In this document: piece after piece, positions 1-11,600 of the stretch
How the letters are laid out: each line of letters opens with the position of its first letter
How positions within the stretch are numbered: the first letter of the stretch is position 1
DNA from: Takakia lepidozioides
Lineage: Eukaryota; Plantae; Bryophyta
Length of the DNA stretch: 64,000 nt
Assembly: GCA_030704615.1 (NCBI GenBank)
Contig: CM060732.1
Location: 65,410,001 to 65,474,000, forward strand
Direction of reading: 5' to 3'
Translations under genes and position numbers: made by a program
Notes under the pieces: model-generated
Seen by the model: the letters and a program-made list of their open reading frames with translations, nothing else
Database searches by the model: none
What the model was told of the DNA's origin: nothing

Positions 1-255
1 TCATAGCCCGCCACAGCCCATCACAACCCCAAAGGCCACAGGCACAGCTTGTCACAGCCCTACAAAGGTCACAGGGTCACAGCCCCAAAGGCCACAGCCT
101 GTCACAACTCCTCACAACCCCATAGGCCACAGGGCACAGCCTGTCACAGCCCATCACAGCCCCACAGGCCACAGGGCACAGCCCGTCACAGCCCATCACA
201 GCGTGTCACAGCCCGTCACAGCCCCACAGGCCACTGGGCACAGCCTGTCACAACC
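1..255. repeat. Short tandem/subterminal-type repeat array (GTCACAGCCC / CACAGGGCACAG units)
   Basis: Many near-identical CACAGCCC/GTCACA units in the first 255 bp; array runs off the window start. Confidence 0.8.
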
Positions 256-720
256 CCTTTGCTTCCTTTCTTGCACCCACCAACCTGAAAATACAAGCTT
301 CAGCGGGCTAGAAGCATGCTCCACACATGCCCTACAAGGAAACCAGCCCCTTCATTCCTTTCTTGCACTCCCAAACCTGAAAGTACAAGCTTTCAAGTGG
401 CTGAAAGCATGCTCCACACATGCATTGCTCTCACATAAGGGAAGTCAGCCCTTCCCTCTTCCTTGCTTGCCCTCCAAGCTTGAAGTTGGAAGCTTCAATG
501 AGCTGAATACATGCTCCACACATGCAACCTCTTCACACAAGATGTATCAGCCCCCTATCTTGGCTCCTTAGCTCCTTGATGCTCTCTAAGACAAGACTAA
601 GCACTCCACAGCCCTTGTCAAGCTCCTGAAACCCTAAGGCTTACATTTCCAGCCACAAGACACTCCTCTTGTGGTGCAAGAGCTCTTCTTCCAAGCTCTG
701 AAACCCTAGGTGCACATTCC

Positions 721-2628
721 ATGGCCTTGCCGCACCTCTTAGCTCCGGCCCAATTTTTCCACGAGGCCAATATTGCGTTCAATGTCTCGAGACTTCCTGC
801 GTTTGTGGCTGCTGTCAAAGCCACGTCCGATTCCAAATCCACATACACACCTCCGAGTTATCGCGATCTCCGCACATGATTGCTAGAATAGGCTATGTCT
901 GACCTCACCCAAAAGGTGAATGAAAAGCCAGGTGATTCTCTCCGGAAATATGGAAGCACTATATGTGTGGATGGTTGGAGTTCTGTTACTAATCGACCAC
1001 TGTTCAATGTCATGCTGGTCTGTCTTGCGGGGGAATAATTTTTGGGATCCGTTGACACAAGCGGGGAGAGAAAAGATGCACGTTACCAAGCAGGGTTGTT
1101 GACGAGTTACATCGATAAAATTGGAGCTGATAAAATTGTCCAAATGTGCACGGACAATGCATCTAACATGGTTAATATGGCCGATATTTTGATGGTACAA
1201 TATCCCCATCTATATTACCAAGGGTGTGCTGCTCATATCTTTGATCTCCTTTTGGAGGATTGGGGAAAAGAATCATGGATGAAACAACTAGTAAAAATGG
1301 CAAAGTCGGTTGTGACGTTCATTCGTACACATCACATCCCTCTGGCATTGTTTAGAAAGCATAAACCCAAATACAGCCTTAGGAACCCGGGTGAAACCCG
1401 CTTTGCCACAAACTTTTTGATGGTGGATCGACTGGTGACTGTGAGGGCGGGTCTGGAGCAGGTGATCATTGACCCTCAATGGGATGCGTATGTGGGCACC
1501 TTACGCGACTCTCGTAAGTCCAAGTCTTTGAGCAAAAGTCGGACGGTCCGCGCAATCATTCGCTCCGACGATTTCTGGGCGAAATGTGCAAATTTTGTGT
1601 ACATGGTGGAGCCGGTGTTGATTGCTTTGCGGGAGTTTGATGGAAAACAACCAATAATGGATAAAGCATGGTTGATATTGGAAAACCTTGAGAAGCACGT
1701 GCAATCCTTGAGGCGTCCTCCATTTTCTATGGACGATGATTTGGCGGCAAGGACCGAGGATGCATTTTACGACCGCAAACAGATGGTTCGCATGGACTTG
1801 CATTATGCGGGGGCCTTGCTGAATCCATTCTTGCTGGACAATACTGATTTGAGAGACGATGTGGATGCCAAAGCCGGGCTTGTACGGGTCATCATGCAAC
1901 TTGCGCCCTTGAACATGGCAGAGCGAGCGTTGTCCGAGTACCAGTGCTTCTCGGATCGGCAGAATCATTTCCATAACATACAGGATCCAAAAATAATAAA
2001 CATGTTACCACATGAATGGTGGGATCTGATTGGAGCTGGAGCAAGAACGTTAGCTCCCATTGCAAAGCGTATTCTTGCTCAAGTGTGCTCTGCCTCGTCC
2101 TGTGAGCGCAACTAGAGCAATTACTCGTTTGTTCACAACAAGATTCGCAACAGGTTGAATCATGTCAGGGCTGACAAATTGGTTTATGTCTACACGAATT
2201 GTAGGCTATTGCGAGAGAAGAGAGCAAGTGACGCATCTGCATGGTACGAGAAGAATTTGTTGTCTGAAGAATCTGCCTCAGAGGTCCAATCTAGCAGCAA
2301 TGATAACACTGACGCCGCGAGGGACTCCGACTCCAACGGTTGGGATGGGTCCGATGATGTGGGCAATCCTCCACATGACCCATATGAATTTAATGACGAT
2401 GATGCTGCAATGCATCCATCCTTCGATGACCTTGTTGTTGATGAACTGCGACATGGTGTCATCCCAATTGCGGACCCTCTTCCCCCAGTGGAGCACACTC
2501 TCAACAATGAAGTTGAGGTCAACTCTCCCCCACCACGAGTTCCACGGACTGCGGGAGATGTGCAGGTCGATCGTCGGATGATGACAACCGGCCGTTGTCA
2601 TTCCTTCACCGACATCGTGCCCCTGTGA
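721..2628 (+). pseudogene. hAT-superfamily transposase pseudogene (DUF659 plus hAT C-terminal dimerisation domain), 5'-truncated
   Basis: One frame from 721 reads FFHEANIAFN, PPSY, ICVDGWSS, QMCTDNASNM, GCAAHIFDL, GETRFAT, WWDLIG, SASSCERN*SNYSFVHNKIRNRL. In-frame stops at about 877, 889, 1036 and 2113. Confidence 0.9.
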
Positions 2629-3569
2629 ACCGTGCTTCATCTCACCCCGCTCCATCTCATGTTTCTCTTTCTCAATCTGGTCCATCCCATGCTGGTCCAT
2701 CTAGTCTCTCTCCCCCTCATGTAATTCCTTCCATCGCTACTCCAATCCTGGGAGATGGTTCTTCTGCTGCGGGACTTCTGCAAGTCGAACCATCGGATGA
2801 CGACGACCGGCCATTGTTGTTTCATCTGGCCCGACGACATCCGCATGTGAACCGCTCGTTGGTCCATCTCATGGCCCTTCCTCTCATGTCGGCCCCTCTG
2901 ATGTACGTGCAAGTAGCCTTCCTCATACGAGACCTGCTCCAAGGCCACCACGAAATTCGGGACAAGCCCAGAAACGGCAGAGAATTGTGCAACCTTTTGT
3001 TGGTGACCGACCTGTAAACAGGCCTGATACCCTAGATGGTATTCATGATAGGAGTGGAAATCGACCAGAGAGATAACTAAATGTACTCCGAGGACGACTA
3101 TAGGTCCAACGGCCAGTTGCCTCTGGAAATGAAAGAACAGATGGAGATCATGATTCTAGCACTGATCATGGGAACGGGGGTGAAGTGAGTGGGGACGAAG
3201 ATTTTGTACTAGACGTGAGATCATACCATCGTCGTCGTGTCAGACGGAATTAGGTACAGCTATAACTTCTGTGACCTGTCACATGATGTGTAGTATGTTT
3301 CCATGTTTCAGTTTGGGTACATGCATACGTGTACGGAAATAAAAATGGTGGAATATGTGTACCCAAGAAATGGTTTGGTGGTTGTGCGTGTGTTTGTGTT
3401 TTGTCATTACCTTTACATTGTTGATTTCCTATTATGGTTTCGAAAGCCACAAAAGCCAGGTGCAGCTCCCAACATTCATCTTCCCCTTCACAAATCCATG
3501 GGGAGTTGATACATGTGCTTTTCATCTGCCTCTCCAAACATACATATAGGTGCAAGGGGACCAACCTCC

Positions 3570-4145
3570 TAGTGGTCGCACCTGTTTTAAAATAAACAAT
3601 TGTGTGACCACCAGTTGCGGTCGTCGCAACTGTTAAAATAAATAAAAAATGTTGCTACCACCCCCCTGCTGGTAGTCGCACCTATTTACTGATTTACTGA
3701 TTACCCCTGCTGGTGGTCGCAGATTTTTTTTTTTTTTTTTAATTTTATTTTGGGAAACACCTGGGAGCGACTGCTCACAAAGAGAGGAGAAAATAACCTC
3801 TTTCATTTATGCGCCAAGAGGCGTAGGAATGGGGCACCACACACGAACCATACCACACCCATCAAGTAGCAAGATTTGACCCCAGAATCGTCCGGGTCGC
3901 ACTCAGTGCACTTAACCAACTGAGCTACTGACTGTTGGTAGATATTAAAAAATCGGAAAATTATGCGACCACCCCCCTGCTGGTGGTCGCACCCATTAAA
4001 AAAAATAACAAATCTGCGACCACCCCCCTGCTGGTGGTCGCACCTATTAAAAAAAATAAAAAATCTGCGACCACCTCCCTGCTGGTGGTCGCACATAATA
4101 AAGAAAAGAAAAAAAGATGCGACCACCCCTGCTGGCGGTCGCAGC
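3570..4145. repeat. Array of hairpin repeats TGCGACCACC-N(6-8)-GGTGGTCGCA with A-tract spacers (about 55-60 bp period)
   Basis: At least 7 palindromic units; same unit as 47150-47935; interrupted by a SINE. Confidence 0.85.
3724..3937 (-). mobile_element. tRNA-derived SINE
   Basis: Minus strand has an A-box (TAGCTCAGTTGG), a B-box-like GGGGTCAAATC, a unique body and a 3' poly(A) tail (T-run at 3724-3740). It is inserted at the AGAT|ATTAAAA site of an array unit. Confidence 0.75.
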
Positions 4146-4567
4146 TATTATTAGCGTGCGCAGTCATGATGACAACGCGCGCCCCGAGTGTGGAGGGGGG
4201 GCTTATAAGGCCTTGGAGGCCATTCTCTCCTCACTTTCTCCACACCAGGACTTGGTGGGCGATGGGATGTTGCATTCCTTGTCATTGAGTCCAAGTGGAG
4301 AGGGGTGCTTTGATTGGGTGGGGGGTATTTTGGGCGTTGGATTCTACGAATTCGATGCTGAGTACCTTCCGGGAAGCACTCCTCTAGCACCCACGTTTTT
4401 TTCATTACACATTGCGTCATTTCTCTTAGAACTGCCGAGGGAGTAATACGTGCCTCTAGTACTTGGGGAGGATTCATTAGGGAGTAGGATTAGGTACGAT
4501 TTAGGAGGGTTGAGAGAGCATTTTTCCTAGCAAACACCTGTCGAGTAGGGGTAAGCCGGAACCATAA

Positions 4568-7172
4568 ATGGGGGAGGAAGACAGAGGAGGTCATCCCAGG
4601 GATGACGATAATGAACCTGGACCTCCCAAAAAAAACCAAAAGGGGCCAGGCGCGAACTTTGTTGGGACATATATAATGACCCCAACATTCTTGCGGAACC
4701 AGGTTGGGAAGTTTGGAAGTTGGGGCAGCGGTGGTCGCTTGGTGACTGCAGGAAATTTTGTGGACTGGTGTCACATAAATCGTTTGTGGCCTAGAGATAG
4801 GCATGATCCACAAACCAAACAAAATCAAGCTAGCTTGCATTCCTGCGCCAACCCGCATTTCCGCCACAGGGCAGAGGAGGTACATACAACATTGTGGGGT
4901 CAACCGCTCGTCAACAACAAGGTCCCGTATTTATTTGCGGCCATGTTGTACACAGAGTTGATTTTATTGCGACCGGTGGATTGGCAAACTGCCACTGCGA
5001 GACAACGTACTAGACTATACATGTTCTCTGATATCCCAGACTTGTATATACGTCAAGGGCAGGACATCATACGGTTTGATGGAAACAACGAGGTGGAAGA
5101 AGGAGGAAAGGCGGATAGAAACGACGATGTGGAAGAAGGAGGAAAGGCGGATAGAAATGACGATGTGGAAGAAGGAGGAAATGCAGACCAACCTCCAGAT
5201 TATACGCCGCAACAGGTCTCCGCAGCCGGGCCTTCAACGTCTGAGGTGGAGGGGGGTGAGGTACGCTCTCCATTGGAGGAACAGTTGGCCGCACATGAAT
5301 AGCACATCAAAGACCTGCAGGACATTGTTCATTTGCAACGGTGGCAAATAGCGAAGTTGCTGGAAAGAATGGGGTTGGAGACTTTCGACAGCGTACGCAG
5401 TGTGCTTCAGGACCCGAGGCCAATCATCAACGAGCAAGACATATTGGCACGTTTGAATATGCCACCAATGGACATTGACCACGTCATCGACGGGGTTGAC
5501 TCAATCGGGCATGGGAATGAAGTGCAAACGTCTGAACAGGACCCGGCGAGGGTTGAGGAAGAAAGACTTGCGGCGGAGAGGGCAAGAAAAGATAAGGACC
5601 CCATAGTGGAAACTGAGGAATGTTCAGCCATGCAAATTACATCGGCCCAAGAACAGGAATTAGAGCAGCTTGTGGGGGAACGCGAGCAAGCTAGGGCTGT
5701 TGCATATCGGTACTCAAATGCCATTCAGATCCGATCGTGGCCATGGTTGAAGGGGAATTGGCGGAATTGGGTGACATGGGGGGGCCATCTAGCATCGCGG
5801 GAAACACGGATAGAAAAAACATTGTCTTCCCTCCAACGTGCAGCACGTTTGTCGAATCGAAGTGTAGATAACATCTATGTTAATTTGCAAAGGCACGACA
5901 CTGTGCGTGATGTATTCACGTCGAAGTACACTGGATTCACCACATGGGCTGATGTGGATGTCATGTTTGAGCACTGTGTGCATACAATTTCCGATACCAA
6001 TAACAGCATAAACTGGGATTTGGAAGTAGAGGAGGAGTGGGACACCAGGCCGAGGATGTCATCCTACATTCATGAGGATAAACGGACGTGGATACCACAG
6101 AGCAATCCAACGTCATGGGTAACAGATGGTACGGTGTGCACAATGTGCCTAAACCCTTATGGACCGGAGGGAGGCTATATGATTGGTTCATGTGGTCATT
6201 TGTTCCATCCCGCATGTCTCATATCGGCAGCCATGCGAGCCAGCTCATGCCCTGACTGCCGTGGACCATTAATCCATCGACGTTTCTATGAGTTGTTTGG
6301 ATTGCAAGACAATATGCCCACGAGATACGAGTACAACCAGTACAACATGCCATTGGATGTATCGCCTTACGATTTTTTAAATTGGCAGCACTGGGGAGAG
6401 ACAATGACATGGGATGCTCCAAGAGAGATGCACGCCTTGGATGCGAAGACGTTAACTACGGTTAAAGATCCGCTGACCTTTTGGGTGACATCCAACTGGG
6501 AAATAACCGTGCCTGCTAGAGGCATACGGACCCAGTCCAAAGGGAGCTTTTTTGCCGGAACTTGGGAGGGCATTGGAGCTGTACCAGACAAAAATTCTTC
6601 CGACTGCCTGAGGATCCATGGGTGCCAGTGGAAAACGACCCATACAATCGCAAACCGATTGGGAGAGACCTATTTCTGAGGGAGTTGGAGGCTGCTAGCA
6701 TCCGTTGGGAGGATATGAATGAGACGTACTGGGTGCCTCGTCGGGATGAAGGGCCATTTCTTCTAGAGTTGCGCAGAGACCCCCGGCAGGAGGAGGTGTT
6801 GGACAATTTCAAGGCTGCCATCACGAGTGTTGTAAAGTATTGGCAAAACACATGGCGTAACCAAGTTGCCCCTATTCCCCATGGGTGTTCTTGCCACTTC
6901 CAAACATATCGGATTTAATTGAAAAATTGCATGAAGCCATAACAAGAGCGATACACCCGGCTCTGGCAAATGTGGAAGAGAGTCAGCACTCGCCTAGAAT
7001 GCTACGCATGATGGCAAGGGTGGACCACACAACACTGGGTCCCTCTTTGACCACTCAAGCCCGGGCTCGAGCTCTCCGTACTAGTGGAGGCACGTCCTCT
7101 ACACCCGCAGCATCTTCATCAACATCTGAAGATGACGACAACGAAGTAATAAATCTAGATGAAGATGAGTAG
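4568..7172 (+). pseudogene. Intronless transposon-associated gene with a RING-H2-type zinc finger, disrupted
   Basis: ORFs 4568-5302 and 5333-6679 share a frame, separated by one TAG. Motif CTMC..CGHLFHPAC..CPDC. Frameshifts near 6540 and 6890 continue into ORFs 6562 and 6885. Confidence 0.7.
5082..5188 (+). repeat. 36-bp coding tandem repeat (about 3 x NDDVEEGGKADR)
   Basis: Direct tandem copies of GAAACGACGATGTGGAAGAAGGAGGAAAGGCGGATA. Confidence 0.85.
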
Positions 7173-7299
7173 AAAGGCTAGAAACGTAGGGAGTAGGCCA
7201 AAGGTCTCAGGTTGCGAAAACTTAAATGTGCAACCCATTGTATAGTCTACGTAATTTTTGGAAATACGAGGTTCATCCTATGAACCATTTTTGAATGAC

Positions 7300-8590
7300 C
7301 TCATACTTGTTCGGTACCTGTTTGACGGCATGTACAATATACTGGCAAAGTTTCAAAACAATCCAAAAATTGCTGAATGAAGATACCATTGGTTCACCCA
7401 TTGCAATATTTTAAATCGAACTCATACTTGCCCGGTACCTTTAAGAGGGCATGCACGGATGGTTGGCCATCGAGATGATTTTGGTTCGCTTTGAGACTTG
7501 GCCAATATGTTCAATGTGCCATGGAAGAGGCCCCAGAGTAATATGAGATCAACCAAAATTTGTTCAATGGGCCGACGGATGGTTGCCCATCCAAATGATT
7601 TTGGTTCGCTTTGAGACTTGGCCAGTGTGTTCAATGTACCCTCTGATAAGACCCAGTGTAATATGAGATCAATCGAAATTCATTCGATGGGCCAATGAGG
7701 CGTTCAATTTTCATCTAGTTTTTGTTCATTGCGAAAAAAAAAAAAACCTGCAATTCGTGCACGGCTATTGCACCCATTGAACGGATGTGGTTGAAGCCCC
7801 TCTTTTGCCCGCATGTGCTTGAACATGTGTACAACACATGTGCGGAGACACAACAGACGAATAAATCATTTGCCTCCCCATGGACACCAAGCCATTCCAT
7901 AATGTAATTGAATTTAAATTAATTTTAAGCCAATAAATAGGTTTGCACTGCCTTTCATTGGGGGTTTCTGGCACGTATCAATTTTGTTTTTGGCTCAATT
8001 TTGTTCTGCGGCTTCCAGCATCCCACCACTACTCCCCCGCCAAAATTTGGACCAATAAAAAAAAATGTTCTTTTCGCTCACTATTGCAGAACTCTCTATA
8101 AAGAGTGCATGAAGTTGAACACAAATCAAGTTTGGAGTGCAAAACAGGGAAGAAACTATGGTTTTGGGTCCAAATGAATTATGTTTGCTCCCAAATTTGG
8201 CACGCACGTTGCATATGGCTACATTACATGCCCCATTTAAAAACGGAATGAAAAAAAAAATCGTGAGCACGCGAAACACAGTCCAACAGGTCCCAAAGCA
8301 ATAGCAGATCCAACGGAATACATTCAACGGGTGAACGGATGGTTGCCCATCCAAATCATTTTTGTTTGCTTCCAAACTTTGCCAGTACGTTTGAGATACC
8401 CTCTCACAGGTCCCGAACAAATATCAAATCAATCGAAATTCATTCGATGGCTCAACGGATGGTTGGCCATCGAGATGATTTTGGTTCGCTTTATGACTTG
8501 GCCAGTATGTTCAATGTGCCATGGAAGAGGCCCCAGAGTAATATGAGATCAACCAAAATTCGTTCAATGGGCCGACGGATGGTTGCCAGT
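7300..8590. repeat. Degenerate ~120-130 bp tandem/dispersed repeat (GGATGGTTGGCCATC...TTTTGGTTCGCTTT), probably TE subterminal sequence
   Basis: 7457-7590 is near-identical to 8457-8587; further diverged units at about 7580 and 8337. Confidence 0.7.
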
Positions 8591-8692
8591 ACATGGAGTG
8601 TATCTCGGCACCCCTCATCAATACATCTCGTCTTATGTGGCATGAACTGTTCCCGTTAATGATAGACAATATGTTCCCCTCAGCCTGAACAG

Positions 8693-11600
8693 TCTTTGGG
8701 TGGGGTCGCATCATTCCACAATGGAGAAGGGCGTGGCTCTCCTGAGAGAAACCCCACATCCAGACCGCGGCGGAAGCTGAAGGCTTTGTACTACGGGCGA
8801 CGTCCAACCTCTCGCATGGCAAAACTTAAGCTCCAGCAGGAGATTCCATTGTCTTGCTCACAGCCCGCGCGAGGGACGCACAGAGACAGTGGATCCCTCC
8901 AAGACACCACAAAGAGGCAATAACACACCGGTTACACCATCGCGGGCAGGAGCAGCCCCCGCAATTACCCATACGGTGGAGACTGGAGGAGGGGAAAGAA
9001 CACCACAAAGAGCACGGATTGTGCAAGTTCGAGGTGAAGCCGGGGAGAGGGCAGTAGAGACGGAGAGAGTGCTCAAGGTGTTTCTGGTGGAGGATGACCA
9101 TGTTGAGGACGACGAGAGGGAGCTTTCTGACCAGGATGACATCCTCCCGGACATCCCCAGGCCCCAAACCCGGAGCATACAGGCTGGATTTGGCGGTCCG
9201 GGTGGGCTGCTGGAGAACCCCCTTGCAACAGACGTCATGTCGGAGGTGGATATGAAGTTGGCCACTGCCAAGATGTTGGAGGCAACCCACAACAACATTG
9301 GCAGGGTCCTAGGGGCATGGTGTACCCGACCAAGCTTCGGATTCCCCTTTGCCGCTTGGTTTCATTGCAGGTGGTGAGACCTGCCCTCCCAGGCGATATC
9401 GACAAGCTGAAATTCTCTTTCCGGGAGGGATATTGAATGGGGTTTGCCGCGTTTTACGTTTCCATGGAGAACGACCACGGAGCTTCTCGTGCCCACACTT
9501 CCGATGAGGTGGACAAATGGGGTCCCCATTAGCAACGGCGAAATGAGGAGTTCGAGAGATTGATTGCTACTGATCCTCTTTTCCAGCACTTGTCCGGAAA
9601 GATGTTTTACGTGTGGGACGGCAATCATCGCCTCCTGGCGTGGATGGAGTACATAGCCCAAGCCCATCCCAACAACCTACATTGGCATTTCGCCGTGGAG
9701 TGTGTTGTGCTGAAGGTTGCGGGGCCCAAAGATCGCAGTCTTCTCAAAGCGGCAATGGCAGACATCAACTCGTAAATTACAATGCTTCTTGCTTTGGAAC
9801 TTTGAATTTGAAACAGTCATTTCATTGCCAATCGTCATATTTGTTGCAAATTCTCATTTCTTTATTGTTTAATGGAAATGTGGCATTGCAGGGTGACTAA
9901 GAATGCCTTCATTGCCACCAACTTGTCCCATATGCTCTTCCGAGTGAAGGATGTCGGGAAGCAGGGGGTGCAAGAGTTTGCCAATTCGCTCAGTGCCAAC
10001 CTCCTGCGCAAGTCGGAGGCAAAGGCAGACAGAACCTGGTATAGGCTGAGCATGGACGCCATGGTGGACTACATATTTCGGGTAAAGCTCCTAACTGTTT
10101 TGTTGAGCTAATCTGTCTCTCCTCCCCCAATAGAAGAAAAAGTGTTGAGCAGGATCTCTAATCTTAGTGCGCATTCTTGACAGACGAAAATTCAGCAGGA
10201 TTTGGCACATGCGCGGAGGTTCTACATGGAGTCAGAGGAGAAGAAACTAACCCTCCCGACACTGGAATCCTATCTCAAAGCTGCGGAGGCGAAGGCCCGC
10301 ATCAAGTACAAGTCGCGGATGGTAAAGTACGTGGCCATAGCTGATCCCGCCCTTGGTGCCGACTTTCTGGTGGAGGTGGGGAAGCACTACTCCCGCGCTC
10401 TGAAGCCCACAATGACATTGGAGAAGCTGCATCGTCTAGCCACATCCTGTGTGGATGCAACAGAAAAGGTTATACATTCTTAACCAAATTGTCGTGGCAG
10501 CAATTCGTTTTTGTGGTGTTTGGCGCTTACTAATATGCTGGGTGATTGGACAGACCCAGTGGCTCCAAATCTGGAATGGTTCCCAAAGTACAAGGGACAT
10601 GTGGAGCTTCCCCAAACCCGACAAACTGTCCGACCCCACATTCGACATGTGGATGAACCACATGACATGGTGGTTTTAGGTACTTTCCCACGCTTCATTT
10701 GGGGCGTCTACTCTTGTATCGGATGGATTTATTGTATTTTTTGAGGAAAGCGGTCTGATGGAGAATCTCCACAGGTGACGACGAATGCGCAAGAGCAGCT
10801 TGACACACAAGCACATCAGTTCAAGCTAGAGATTTCTGGTGAAGCACAGAGCCTATGCGACTATGTGACGAGGTACTTTCTGCTCTACAAAACCGACCTA
10901 TTCTTTCGAGAGATACCCCATGCCCGCCGGAGCCACGAGTTCACCGACCAGCCGAACGTGGACAAAGCGGCAATGCGCCTTCTGTACAGGTACATACGAT
11001 GTGCCTTTCTTTTTAGTCCCAACATTTCGAGGATGTAAGAGGCCTTATGTGGCGCATGAAAATTAGTTGTGGTCCTTGGAAAAATGGCGCCAAATTGGGC
11101 CCTGGGGGATGGCTGTCCAGGGGGTGGCTGGCACTCAGTCTGGAAATTCGGCGCCATTTTTCCAGTTGCAGGCCCAGTCAGATTTGGGACTTAGCCATTC
11201 TCGGCTCCAACCTGGGAAAATGGCGCCGAATTTCCAGTGCAGGGCCCCGAAAATGGCTAAGTCCCTACAGTGGCAGGCACCGAAACCGGAAATTCGGCGC
11301 CATTTTTCCAGTTCCGGGCCCAATCAGTTCTGGGACTTAGGCATTTTCGGGCCCAACCTAGGAAAATGGCGCCGAATTTCGAGTGCAGGGCCCTGAAAAT
11401 GGCTAAGTCCCTATAGTGGCAGGCACCAAAACAGGAAATTCGGCGCCATTTTTCCAGTTCCGGGCCCAGTCAGTTCTGGGACTTAGGCATTTTCGGTCCC
11501 AACCTGGGAAAATGGCGCCGGTTTTCCAGTGCAGGGCCCCGATAATGGCTAAGTCCCTAGTGTGGCAGGCACCAAAACCGGAAATTCGGCGCCATTTTTC

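Noticed and set aside
3860-3937. Functional tRNA genes (also about 37360, 41045, 57312, 63675)
   Set aside because: Only A/B boxes are recognisable, acceptor and anticodon stems do not pair properly, and two have SINE tails.
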